A stretch of DNA of 64,000 nucleotides from a virus (taxonomy: Duplodnaviria; Heunggongvirae; Uroviricota; Caudoviricetes), in the IMG/VR virus record IMGVR_UViG_3300048587_000389, positions 1 to 64,000 of that record; one strand, written 5' to 3'. The position numbers and the translations under genes are program-made. The notes under the pieces were generated by a model. The model had not been told where the DNA came from. It made no database searches and saw only the letters and a list, made by a program, of their open reading frames with translations. Within the stretch, counting starts at the first letter, position 1, and the number at the start of each line of letters is the position of its first letter. Shown piece after piece: positions 35,891-44,370 of this stretch.

Positions 35891-36102
35891 TGGTATGTTA
35901 TACCGAATATGCCCTTGTTTTCTAATAGCACTCCACCACGCTTATCACAGTTTGTCTTGAATTGCGCAACCATCTCTTCACCTCTCCATATTGGCTGTGA
36001 CATCGCAATAAAAAGAAGTATGCCAAGCAAAATTGCTGTTGCTGTCCAAACACGCTCGCCTGCTTTTGTTGTAAAGAAGCCTCCGCCTATGACATCACCC
36101 AT
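35869..36102 (-). CDS. small membrane protein
   Basis: TM AILLGILLFIAM. Confidence 0.4.
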   Translation of the reverse strand: MGDVIGGGFFTTKAGERVWTATAILLGILLFIAMSQPIWRGEEMVAQFKTNCDKRGGVLLENKGIFGITYQCASHLD

Positions 36103-36103
36103 G

Positions 36104-36340
36104 TTACTCCTTTATTTTTTGGTCGTGGACCAAATTTGTAAACTTAGCCATTGCGCCATCAAATTGTTCTGCAATTTCGTTGATCTTTTTCTGATCAACA
36201 CCAATGTGAAGAGCCATGTCAGTTGCTTCTTTGAAAGTTTTGACAAATTGTGTTAACGCACTTCTCTGTTTGTCGTAAATGCGCTTCTTCCAGTATTCAG
36301 ATTTCTGTTCTGGTGTAAAAACTGTTCGAGTCTTACTCAT
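36104..36340 (-). CDS. hypothetical small protein
   Basis: 78-aa ORF. Confidence 0.45.
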   Translation of the reverse strand: MSKTRTVFTPEQKSEYWKKRIYDKQRSALTQFVKTFKEATDMALHIGVDQKKINEIAEQFDGAMAKFTNLVHDQKIKE

Positions 36341-36348
36341 ATTTCCTC

Positions 36349-37503
36349 CTAATCCTTGTAGGGATCATAAATATCTTTGCCGGCCATAGCAACTCCGACC
36401 GGTGTGAGCTGATGAAGTATTTCGATAGTGCCTTCATGATATGCAAGCACTTCGTTTAATTTTTTGTAAGCGTCTGGAGCCTCATCTGCTCCGCCACCCT
36501 TGAGGATGACTCCTCTTTCTCCAGCTTCCCACTGTACGACTTCCCAATCAATCTTTTTCTTAGCTTGACTGCGACTTAGAGCTCTTCCGGCACCATGTAC
36601 TGTAGTATATAGCGCTTCTTTAGAAGTGTCAGAGTCGATTCCACGGAGTATCACAGAGTTGTCCATCATATTCGAGCCAACAAATCCGAGCTGTCCAGGG
36701 AATGCCGGAGTACATCCTTTGCGGACTACCCAATACTTTTTCCCATAATGCTCTTCCTGCCAAGCAAAGTTGTGATGGTTGTGAATCTCTTCTACTGCTC
36801 TTGTCTGTAATATGTCCAAAACTTCTTCAACAACTGCATTACGGCCTGCATAAGCATATTCGCCAGCAAGTGTCATTGCTTCAATGTAAGCCTGACCTAA
36901 GTCAGTGCGCACATCAAAGAGAATAGGTGGACTGTCCATCTCTCCTTCATTTGCATGTTCATGGAATTCTTTTCCTTGATTAAGTGCTATAAATCCTGAA
37001 GCTGTCTTGTGGCCGAATCCTCTTGAACCGAAGTGTACTCCGATCCAGACAAATCCGTTCTCGTCTTTGAAGAGGTCAACATAATGGTTTCCACTACCAA
37101 CTGTTCCCAGCTGGTTAACCGCAAGATCATAAAGTTTACGTTGCGGCTCAAATTTAGCATCTTTGATGTGTTGTAAGACAATGTCATCCACTTTTTTCTT
37201 ATTTGTGCGACCAACGCCGAAGGATACTCTTTCAACAATTTCGTCCATAATCTTTCGAATGTCACCAAGATCTTCGATCTTAATATCAGTTCGAACGGCT
37301 TTGTTACCACACCCAATGTCATATCCCACACCGCTTGGAGAAATGAAATACTCATACGCAACAGTTCCGCCAATAGGCATTGAATAACCCACATGATGAT
37401 CAGCTGAAAGAACTGCATATTCGGCGTCTCCTGCTTCTGTGCATCTTATAAGTTGAGCATGTGCTCGCTGGTCTAATGGACCAAATGTTTTTACTTTTGT
37501 CAT
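36349..37503 (-). CDS. rtcB: RtcB-family RNA 3'-phosphate/5'-OH ligase
   Basis: GYDIGCGN, GSGNHYVDLF, HFGSRGFGHKTA, HNHHNF, VVRKGCT, TVHGAGR (RtcB metal and GTP-binding motifs). Confidence 0.8.
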   Translation of the reverse strand: MTKVKTFGPLDQRAHAQLIRCTEAGDAEYAVLSADHHVGYSMPIGGTVAYEYFISPSGVGYDIGCGNKAVRTDIKIEDLGDIRKIMDEIVERVSFGVGRTNKKKVDDIVLQHIKDAKFEPQRKLYDLAVNQLGTVGSGNHYVDLFKDENGFVWIGVHFGSRGFGHKTASGFIALNQGKEFHEHANEGEMDSPPILFDVRTDLGQAYIEAMTLAGEYAYAGRNAVVEEVLDILQTRAVEEIHNHHNFAWQEEHYGKKYWVVRKGCTPAFPGQLGFVGSNMMDNSVILRGIDSDTSKEALYTTVHGAGRALSRSQAKKKIDWEVVQWEAGERGVILKGGGADEAPDAYKKLNEVLAYHEGTIEILHQLTPVGVAMAGKDIYDPYKD

Positions 37504-37515
37504 ACGTGTATATTC

Positions 37516-37544
37516 ATTATAAACTTTTTATATTCGCTCGTAAA
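37516..37544 (-). promoter_or_regulatory. leftward promoter TTTACG(17)TATAAT immediately upstream of rtcB
   Basis: -10 ends about 6 nt before rtcB ATG, no SD, so possibly a leaderless transcript. Confidence 0.4.
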
Positions 37545-37571
37545 CTGCAAAAAGGCCCTCCGAAGAGGGCC
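37545..37571 (-). terminator. leftward rho-independent terminator after homing-endonuclease gene
   Basis: GGCCCTCTTCGGAGGGCC hairpin then TTTTT on minus strand. Confidence 0.6.
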
Positions 37572-37759
37572 GATTCTGCTAACCGTTGTATTGGATGTTC
37601 GTGAGCATTTTCTTTAGTGACCATGCTTCGTACTCAAGGAATGCGCTCAATACTTCATGTCCATGTAGCTCAAGGATCTCAGAGAATTTCTCTTTGAAAC
37701 TCTTGCGTGATAGTACATAACTTCGTAAAATCTTGTGAATATCTTCCATAAACTCTCCT

Positions 37760-38278
37760 TTAATCGTTCATTAATAAATCTGCGTTTTCTGTTTCCCATC
37801 GCAGTCGGGCTTGGTAAGCTTCTTCCTCGGTGAGGTGCAAGCCTAAGTTGTATTCGACACCGCGGACGGTGATGTAAGCTTGCCACTTACCATTACGAGT
37901 TTCGCAGACACCGTTGTACATGCTTGTAGCATCGTATGTCTTCTCTTCTCGTTCTCGGAATGATTTACCAATGTGATACCACCATGTGCGCCATTCAAGA
38001 TTCTGGATGCGCAAATCATCTTTGTCTCCATTGATGAAGCCCGGAGTCTGATGCTCATGATCAGGTGGAAGGCCGCGGAAGGTGATCAACATGAGGTATG
38101 GAACACTAAATGTCGCTGCTCTGCCCCTCTTAGAAAGAGAAACAAGGTGAAGTCCATTCTCATTGATCTGGTGCTTCAACAGCCGAATACCATTGCGGTA
38201 AACATGCCCCTTGGTGGACACTTCATAGCGGTAACCGGGAAGTGGAACCGGTTTGATGATTGCGACATTGTCGTTCAT
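37760..38278 (-). CDS. HNH homing endonuclease with C-terminal AP2 DNA-binding domain
   Basis: N-terminal HNH_3-type region (GYRYEVSTKGHVY ... HLVSLSKRG), C-terminal YNGVCETRNGKWQAYI ... EEEAYQARL AP2 signature. Confidence 0.6.
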   Translation of the reverse strand: MNDNVAIIKPVPLPGYRYEVSTKGHVYRNGIRLLKHQINENGLHLVSLSKRGRAATFSVPYLMLITFRGLPPDHEHQTPGFINGDKDDLRIQNLEWRTWWYHIGKSFREREEKTYDATSMYNGVCETRNGKWQAYITVRGVEYNLGLHLTEEEAYQARLRWETENADLLMND

Positions 38279-38376
38279 ACATCCTCCTTGTTATTTTGTA
38301 ACATATTCAGTATATTACAAAAACACAGGAGAAGTAAACTATATCTTTTGGGAACAAACTATATCAAATACAAGGG

Positions 38377-38550
38377 TTATTCAGCAGATTGCTGCTGTTT
38401 AATGAAGGTTTCTGCTTCTTCTTTTGTGGTAAACCAGCTGATAGACTGACCACTGTGTTGTTTCTTAGTATTGCCTGACGCAATTTCTTTGAATACAGTT
38501 ACACACCATGAATTAGCACGCTTTACCCATTTAGGTCCTAGAATTCTCAT
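38377..38550 (-). CDS. small protein (57 aa)
   Basis: TAAGGAGATAATATG RBS. Confidence 0.35.
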   Translation of the reverse strand: MRILGPKWVKRANSWCVTVFKEIASGNTKKQHSGQSISWFTTKEEAETFIKQQQSAE

Positions 38551-38559
38551 ATTATCTCC

Positions 38560-38724
38560 TTATATGTCCCATGACATTTGCTCAAGGCATTCGTCACAAA
38601 ACCAATGCTTTTTATCCCAATCACCTTCTTGATATTCATGAAGATATGGGTTGTATGTCCACTCACACATTTTCTTGTGTTTGCAAGAGTGACATTTGTG
38701 TAATTTCTTTTGTGGTTCTTTCAT
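38560..38724 (-). CDS. small zinc-ribbon protein (54 aa)
   Basis: CHSC ... CDEC; ATGA coupling with upstream gene. Confidence 0.35.
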   Translation of the reverse strand: MKEPQKKLHKCHSCKHKKMCEWTYNPYLHEYQEGDWDKKHWFCDECLEQMSWDI

Positions 38725-38894
38725 ACGTACACCTTTACGTATATTCCAGTTATATCACCAAAACGACGAAAAAGAAACTCCAAAAGTTCTGCTTTCTCTT
38801 CTTCGGGTAAGGCTACTCGAAGCTCTCTCGTGCCAATTTTGTCTGCGCCAAAGGTTTCTATAGCCTCATTTTCAATCATCTCAAATATGTTCAT
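38721..38894 (-). CDS. small protein (57 aa)
   Basis: ORF MNIFEMIENEA... Confidence 0.3.
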   Translation of the reverse strand: MNIFEMIENEAIETFGADKIGTRELRVALPEEEKAELLEFLFRRFGDITGIYVKVYV

Positions 38895-39088
38895 GGGATG
38901 TCCCTCCGAAGTATAAGGTTTATTGTTTTTGCTATGATTGCACTAAATCCTATAAACCAGAATGGCGGAAAGAATGAAAGCACAATCCAAAGATACATCT
39001 CTTCTGGATCTATGTCAAAGTTCCACCAATAGAGAAGCGCAAAGATATTAAGCCCGACTAGTGCAAAGTATATTGCTAAGAAATTCAT
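38891..39088 (-). CDS. small membrane protein
   Basis: two TM spans. Confidence 0.4.
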   Translation of the reverse strand: MNFLAIYFALVGLNIFALLYWWNFDIDPEEMYLWIVLSFFPPFWFIGFSAIIAKTINLILRRDIP

Positions 39089-39507
39089 GAGTTGAGTTCT
39101 TTCTTATGTGCAAAGTAGTGGTCTGTGCAACAGTAGTCTTTCTTCTTGGTAAACTTCCAGTTGCGATTTGCAAAGAAGCCTATGCCGCAAGAAGGGTATT
39201 GACATGTGCATTCTTCATCTAGATCATAATTCTTGCCAATCTTTTCACAGTCTGGACTACAGAACATCAATGCGCTTCTCTTTTTTGATGCTAGACTGTG
39301 CACATTAATGGGATCGCCACAAATGACACATCTAAACTTCTCGTTGACAAAAGCTTGCTTGACAAAGGAGTAATTAGCACCAATGCATTGCTCAAAAATA
39401 GCCTTAACTCGCTGGCGAGTAATGCCATAAGCGTCACCGATGCTTTCAAGAGTTGCCTCCGGCATCAATAACTTGCCAATGATTTCTCCTTTTATGTCTT
39501 CTGCCAT
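39085..39507 (-). CDS. HTH plus Cys-rich zinc-finger protein (possible transcription regulator)
   Basis: sigma region-4-like HTH ATLESIGDAYGITRQRVKAIF; CVIC ... CSPDC ... CTCQYPSC. Confidence 0.45.
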   Translation of the reverse strand: MAEDIKGEIIGKLLMPEATLESIGDAYGITRQRVKAIFEQCIGANYSFVKQAFVNEKFRCVICGDPINVHSLASKKRSALMFCSPDCEKIGKNYDLDEECTCQYPSCGIGFFANRNWKFTKKKDYCCTDHYFAHKKELNS

Positions 39508-39508
39508 A

Positions 39509-39793
39509 TTAGTAACTGATCATCTTTTCAGTGATCACCTTATCTTTATATTCAGCTAAAAAACGGTTTGCTAGCTCCTTTTTAGGAATGCGATTGTGGA
39601 AGTAAGCGTCTACTTTTCTGCTAATTGATCTGAGTGTTGTTTTGTGATCATCGTCATAGTCTATTGAATAGATATGTACTTTGAACTTATATCCTTCAGA
39701 CTCTATATCAACAACGTATTGTGATGAATCGAGCGAGAAGAACTTCTCAATCTCTGATTTTGAGCGCATATTCAAGACTTTAAATGTGTGCAT
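39509..39793 (-). CDS. hypothetical small protein
   Basis: 94-aa ORF. Confidence 0.45.
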   Translation of the reverse strand: MHTFKVLNMRSKSEIEKFFSLDSSQYVVDIESEGYKFKVHIYSIDYDDDHKTTLRSISRKVDAYFHNRIPKKELANRFLAEYKDKVITEKMISY

Positions 39794-39997
39794 ACATCCT
39801 CCGTATATGTTTTATATTTGAGTTGATTGTATCACAAAAATGGGAAGTTGTAAATATGAAAAAAGCTACCAATTGCTGAGTTTGAGGAACTTACGTTTGT
39901 AGGGGAGGACGTATGTCTCAGCAGCTTGGTAGCTTATGTTGTAATTATATCAAACTATATCGTACTATAACATCCCCAGATTTGTAGCACGAGGCCC

Positions 39998-40474
39998 TCA
40001 GTTTCCCAGTAAAGGCACTGAAGTATGGGGTTGGATATTATATCCATCCACTTTTTCAAGGTATTTTCCCAAGTATTCGAGATAAGTGTTCCGGTCATCT
40101 CCGGGTGGCATGTCAATAAGTTCATCCGCGATACATAAACTCTTCACTATGCGTGGATATAACGACTGTTCTACAGCATTTAAGTGAACACGAAGTGAAG
40201 TATAGTTTTGCGGGTTAAGAATCTCTAGTTCTTTAGCTAGTTTCTTGTCAATGTCTTCAAGGAAAAATACAACATCTCTAGCATATCCTCCGCTAGCTAC
40301 ATGATGATAATCGTGTAACCAACACAAAGCAACAATCTCGTTATTGTATCCTTTAGCAATTGCTCGCTGGACTACACGCTTTACGTGAAAGATTATTGGT
40401 CTGTCGTACAGAGACTTGTGCTCGTAGAGACTAAGCCCCAGTTGTACTGTCTGCTGGAGCTGAAGGGATGTCAG
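39998..40474 (-). CDS. putative HD-domain hydrolase
   Basis: IFHVKRV ... ALCWLHDYHH His-Asp signature; start uncertain (track ORF extends to 40561, overlapping upstream gene). Confidence 0.35.
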   Translation of the reverse strand: MTSLQLQQTVQLGLSLYEHKSLYDRPIIFHVKRVVQRAIAKGYNNEIVALCWLHDYHHVASGGYARDVVFFLEDIDKKLAKELEILNPQNYTSLRVHLNAVEQSLYPRIVKSLCIADELIDMPPGDDRNTYLEYLGKYLEKVDGYNIQPHTSVPLLGN

Positions 40475-40805
40475 CATAAACTTGAAGCTCCTCTTTAGCG
40501 GCATTTTCTTTGTTAGATGATGGCATGACGTCCAAGAACACGAAACCAATTCCTTTGTCAAATTCTTTCTTTGTCATTTTTGCCCATCCTTCAGCCTTAG
40601 AAAGTGATCGCCAGTTTTTGTTTACCCAAGCTTCGAACTCTTCCTGCACTTCTTGGGGCGCATAAAAAGCTCTTACATTCCATTGAATGCCTGGGAGCAT
40701 AAGTTGATCAAGGTCAATGCCGAATTGTCGATACATATTCCAGCCAATAGACTTGTTAGGGTCTAGCAGAGATGTATCTAGTTGTGTAATTTCTCTAGTT
40801 GTCAT
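40431..40805 (-). CDS. hypothetical protein
   Basis: GAGGAGGAAAATG RBS at internal Met. Confidence 0.45.
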   Translation of the reverse strand: MTTREITQLDTSLLDPNKSIGWNMYRQFGIDLDQLMLPGIQWNVRAFYAPQEVQEEFEAWVNKNWRSLSKAEGWAKMTKKEFDKGIGFVFLDVMPSSNKENAAKEELQVYADIPSAPADSTTGA

Positions 40806-40954
40806 TTTCCTCCTCATCTTCTATGCTATGCATAGCGTCTTCAAATCCTTGCCAATTATCTACTCCGTACTCTTCAAGAGCTTCTAATTCTCTTGAGCGT
40901 CGTTTCAATCCATTGTACTCGGACATTGAAATTGTAATTGTTTCTTCTGGCATG

Positions 40955-41437
40955 TTACTCCTTTTCGTCGAACTCACCTTTAATAGCTCGCATAACTTGA
41001 TCTACAATTGTTGTGAGATGCTCTGGCGTAGTATCTAAGTGCGCATCAAGAACTTCTCTCACTCTTCGTCTATCTTCAAGACTGTCCCAAATAACTGTTC
41101 CGAAACATTCCTGTATCTTTCCGCCTTTGAGAACAACAATCCAGTATGAATCATCTGTAATGTCAGTTACTTCTACATTGCAATCAAGATCTGGAACTAT
41201 TGCTGCCACCGCTCGTAAATAATTGAGAAATGCTTCGTAATACTCTATTTTTGTGAAGTATATTTGATCTAGACTTTTTGAGTATGTAGCAAAGCCGTAT
41301 GCTTGGTGCTTGTTAAGACCTTCAAGTCTTTTAACTTGATTCTCATTAAGGTCAACTGAATCAAGCTCAATACTTGAAGCATCAAGATTTTCTTTTTCAG
41401 CAGACTCGATGATAGCCCTATTAGGATTCTTTTTCAT
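40955..41437 (-). CDS. hypothetical acidic protein
   Basis: GGAGGAGCGTATG RBS at internal Met of track ORF. Confidence 0.4.
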   Translation of the reverse strand: MKKNPNRAIIESAEKENLDASSIELDSVDLNENQVKRLEGLNKHQAYGFATYSKSLDQIYFTKIEYYEAFLNYLRAVAAIVPDLDCNVEVTDITDDSYWIVVLKGGKIQECFGTVIWDSLEDRRRVREVLDAHLDTTPEHLTTIVDQVMRAIKGEFDEKE

Positions 41438-41453
41438 ACGCTCCTCCTTACTA

Positions 41454-41996
41454 TTATATTCTAGATTGTTTTCGAAGTACATCAGCAACATGGGACTGGA
41501 TCTTACTAAGTTGTACTGGCGTGTAGTTGATTTGCTCAACACACACATTGTAAAAAGATTTAGGGTTCGGGACTGGTCCTACTCCTTTCGAGTGCACATG
41601 ACCGTGGACATTAAAGAAGTTACTCGGCAATCCTCGAATAGGATAGTGTGAGAAAATGATTTTATACTTATCAAACTCTTTGAAAATAGGCTCACCAATA
41701 ACACGGAATCCCATTTCTTCATAGAGAGCTATACTCTTTGTGTCGTGGTTACCGAGTATCAGCCATTTATTGCCATTTAGTTGTTTGATGTATTCTCTGG
41801 CTTCTTCAATGGGACACAAAAAGACGTCTCCTAAATGGAGAATATTGGAATGCTTTGAAACTGTATTGTTCCAGTTTCGCACCATCATTTCATTGTGATT
41901 TTCAGGCCTATTTTCGTACTTGACTATATTTTTGTGACCAAAGTGTGTGTCCGATATAATCCAAGTGTTACTGTTTAGCCAGTTCTGTCGACTCAT
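41454..41996 (-). CDS. calcineurin-like metallophosphoesterase
   Basis: ISDTHFGH, GDVF, GNHD, HGHVH motifs. Confidence 0.6.
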   Translation of the reverse strand: MSRQNWLNSNTWIISDTHFGHKNIVKYENRPENHNEMMVRNWNNTVSKHSNILHLGDVFLCPIEEAREYIKQLNGNKWLILGNHDTKSIALYEEMGFRVIGEPIFKEFDKYKIIFSHYPIRGLPSNFFNVHGHVHSKGVGPVPNPKSFYNVCVEQINYTPVQLSKIQSHVADVLRKQSRI

Positions 41997-42180
41997 ACAG
42001 ATATGCTTTCTTTAATGCATCTTCAAGATCTGCACCGATAAAGGTGCGGCGAGTATCTTGACGTACTTCGCCATATTTTGTAATGTTGTACACGTCAACA
42101 ACAGAATCTTGTGCCGGTGAAAACTCCATGAATACGTAAAAACGCATTGATAACCACTGTAACATTTCTGTCGTTGTCAT
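41968..42180 (-). CDS. hypothetical small protein
   Basis: 70-aa ORF. Confidence 0.4.
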   Translation of the reverse strand: MTTTEMLQWLSMRFYVFMEFSPAQDSVVDVYNITKYGEVRQDTRRTFIGADLEDALKKAYLYESTELAKQ

Positions 42181-42197
42181 GCAACCTCCTTATTTTT

Positions 42198-42407
42198 TTA
42201 TTTGTACTCGATTTGTATTCTTTGTGATGGATACATTGTTTCGTCTAAGCAAGAGGCTGGGAGGTCATTAAGAGTCATTGTTCGGCGAGCTATGTCGCAA
42301 AACTGCTCTGGGTTATAGATCTGGAAAAGTATAGAACCAATCATTGCGAGCATGACAGTAGCAATGATAGTCATAACAAGAATTTCAACTAGTGTTAGGT
42401 TTCGCAT
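42198..42407 (-). CDS. small protein with pilin-like hydrophobic N-terminus
   Basis: MRNLTLVEILVMTIIATVMLAM resembles prepilin-type N-terminal helix; start inferred at internal Met. Confidence 0.3.
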   Translation of the reverse strand: MRNLTLVEILVMTIIATVMLAMIGSILFQIYNPEQFCDIARRTMTLNDLPASCLDETMYPSQRIQIEYK

Positions 42408-42423
42408 ATACTCTCTTTTTTTT

Positions 42424-42458
42424 GTAAAAATGTGGGGGAGAGATATTTCACCCTCCCC
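42424..42458 (-). terminator. possible leftward terminator
   Basis: GGGGGAGAGATATTTCACCCTCCCCC hairpin with T-run on minus strand. Confidence 0.35.
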
Positions 42459-42468
42459 CTCCATTTCT

Positions 42469-42882
42469 TTAGTTACTGTAACAGTAGTCTGAGAAGCTGT
42501 AAGATCTGCGGATCTTAGCAACAGTTGATTCAGAAATACCGTAATCAAACTCTTCTGCGATGTAAGCATCGGATACACCTTTGTTCGCCTGAGCTTTGAT
42601 GTAGTCAAAGACTTCTGAGGTTACTTTTCGGCGTCCTGTGCCTAACTCTGGACGAGGAGCTTGGTATTCTTCGTAAGTCAAGGTGACAGTTACGAGCAAC
42701 CAGTTAGAGCCATCGTCTTCTACATAAGCAGAGTGAGCAACTTGAACAGAACCAAACTTGTCGTTTTCACCGACTTGTTCCGTCAAACTTGCAACAGCCT
42801 CTTCAATACTCTCCTCAATGGCGAGGTCAGTTGAGTTACTGAGATCTACCGAGAAGGTTGCCACTTTTACTTGTGTCAACAT
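42469..42882 (-). CDS. hypothetical acidic protein, first gene of leftward operon
   Basis: GGAGGAACTATG RBS, promoter about 40 nt upstream. Confidence 0.5.
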   Translation of the reverse strand: MLTQVKVATFSVDLSNSTDLAIEESIEEAVASLTEQVGENDKFGSVQVAHSAYVEDDGSNWLLVTVTLTYEEYQAPRPELGTGRRKVTSEVFDYIKAQANKGVSDAYIAEEFDYGISESTVAKIRRSYSFSDYCYSN

Positions 42883-42924
42883 AGTTCCTCCTTTGCGGTT
42901 TTCCGCATATTTTATGTTAGTTCA

Positions 42925-42953
42925 AGTATATTCCAGTTTTCTGGGCTTGTAAA
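42925..42953 (-). promoter_or_regulatory. leftward promoter CATATTTACAAG(17)TATACT with upstream GATATAGTTTGT
   Basis: family motif on minus strand. Confidence 0.5.
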
Positions 42954-42962
42954 TATGACAAA

Positions 42963-43208
42963 CTATATCAAATCTTCAAGCTGATCAGGTGATGGAATAT
43001 TTGTGATTTTCTTGAGAATGGCTGCCTGCTTGACAACGTTATAATCTACTCTACGATCGTCGTAGCTGTAATAACCTTTGTCAAGTTTTTTAAGCTGGGG
43101 GAATTGAGAGAGAAACTGCTGAAAAGTAGGGGCAGGAGCAGCAGATGCTGTCTTTGTATCCTCTACTACAGTATTCTTTAATTGGGTATCTTCGTTAAAC
43201 TTCTTCAT
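42963..43208 (-). CDS. hypothetical small protein
   Basis: 81-aa ORF upstream of promoter 42925-42953. Confidence 0.4.
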   Translation of the reverse strand: MKKFNEDTQLKNTVVEDTKTASAAPAPTFQQFLSQFPQLKKLDKGYYSYDDRRVDYNVVKQAAILKKITNIPSPDQLEDLI

Positions 43209-43372
43209 ATATTATTCCTTCATTATAACATAATTAAGACTGCATGTAAACACTAAAACTTGCAGTAGTTGTATTGTATCATTACTGCGATTCTGTAATT
43301 CTGCGATTCTATCTCTAACTAACTAATTCGATACTGCTTTCTGCATTCTGCTATCTGCTTAATAATACTGCA

Positions 43373-43440
43373 TAATTGGCGTGTTGCGGGCGATTGGCGT
43401 GTGTACGGAATACGTATCGCGCAATTGGCGTGTGCTCGCG
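43373..43440. promoter_or_regulatory. three direct repeats AATTGGCGTGTG in divergent intergenic region (candidate operator)
   Basis: copies at about 43374, 43393, 43423; GC-rich islands in AT-rich DNA between leftward and rightward operons. Confidence 0.4.
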
Positions 43441-43517
43441 GGAAATTAGTAAATAATTATGCGAAAAATATGATACAATAAGCTCTATCTTCAATTAAAG
43501 GATTTAAGGAGCAAGCT

Positions 43518-43895
43518 ATGTTGATTACACGTGATGTATTTGCAAGTGATTTTGATGCATTCATTGATAAAATGAGAAGCATCCTTTTGAAGAAAAATCA
43601 TGACTACACGGCTGGTGCCGGGGCGGCGGACCCACTTCACAACTTCCGTCGATCAGAGAACTTCGGAGTACCAGGATGGAAAGGTGCTTTAGTACGATTC
43701 TCTGACAAATTCTCAAGATTAGAAACATTTGCGAAAAAAGAACATTTTGAAGTCAATGATGAAAACTTCCAAGACACACTCATTGATGCAGCAAACTATC
43801 TCTTCCTCATATCTGAACTTTACAAGGAGTACAAAAATGCCAAAGATAGTGAAAGCACTAAAGATAGCAATCGACCTTCAGTCGTTACTGGATAA
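43518..43895 (+). CDS. hypothetical protein
   Basis: AAGGAGCAAGCTATG RBS. Confidence 0.5.
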   Translation: MLITRDVFASDFDAFIDKMRSILLKKNHDYTAGAGAADPLHNFRRSENFGVPGWKGALVRFSDKFSRLETFAKKEHFEVNDENFQDTLIDAANYLFLISELYKEYKNAKDSESTKDSNRPSVVTG

Positions 43896-44370
43896 GAGTG
43901 CAAAAGATAAAAAAATTGAACTCATAAAAGCGTTTAAGGGAGCACTTGGAGCAATCACAGTGTTTTCTGATGTGTTTGATTTGTATCTAATTAACCCGTA
44001 TTCTCACGTAAATACAGATGATGTATTAGACTGGCTTAAAGATGCTGACTGTCAAGGGACGTTCAGAAAGATCATTCCTTTTGACGAACAGCTTAAAAAC
44101 TTCTACTTAGACAACGGTATTAGTGTTACAATAACTTCAAGCAGACAAATTGCTTCTGCAACAAAAGACATCTCTAATGTGTACTTTTTGAAAAAGGCGC
44201 ATGTTAAAGATGATATTGATACTCAAATACTAAAAGTTGTTAGATGGCGTGACATAATAAGAGATGTCACTAAGTTTGCATCTACAGAGATAAACTATGA
44301 TATTAGACCAGATCAAGTCAACATGGAACAATCTGACAACAAAGAGTCAGAAAGCCCAATACAGCCTTAG
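43837..44370 (+). CDS. hypothetical protein
   Basis: CAAGGAG RBS at ATG 43837 (in frame with track ORF 43729). Confidence 0.45.
   Translation: MPKIVKALKIAIDLQSLLDKSAKDKKIELIKAFKGALGAITVFSDVFDLYLINPYSHVNTDDVLDWLKDADCQGTFRKIIPFDEQLKNFYLDNGISVTITSSRQIASATKDISNVYFLKKAHVKDDIDTQILKVVRWRDIIRDVTKFASTEINYDIRPDQVNMEQSDNKESESPIQP

Noticed and set aside
37647-38058. Minus-strand ORFs 37647..37886 and 37843..38058
   Set aside because: Overlap the HNH-AP2 endonuclease gene in other frames; no independent support
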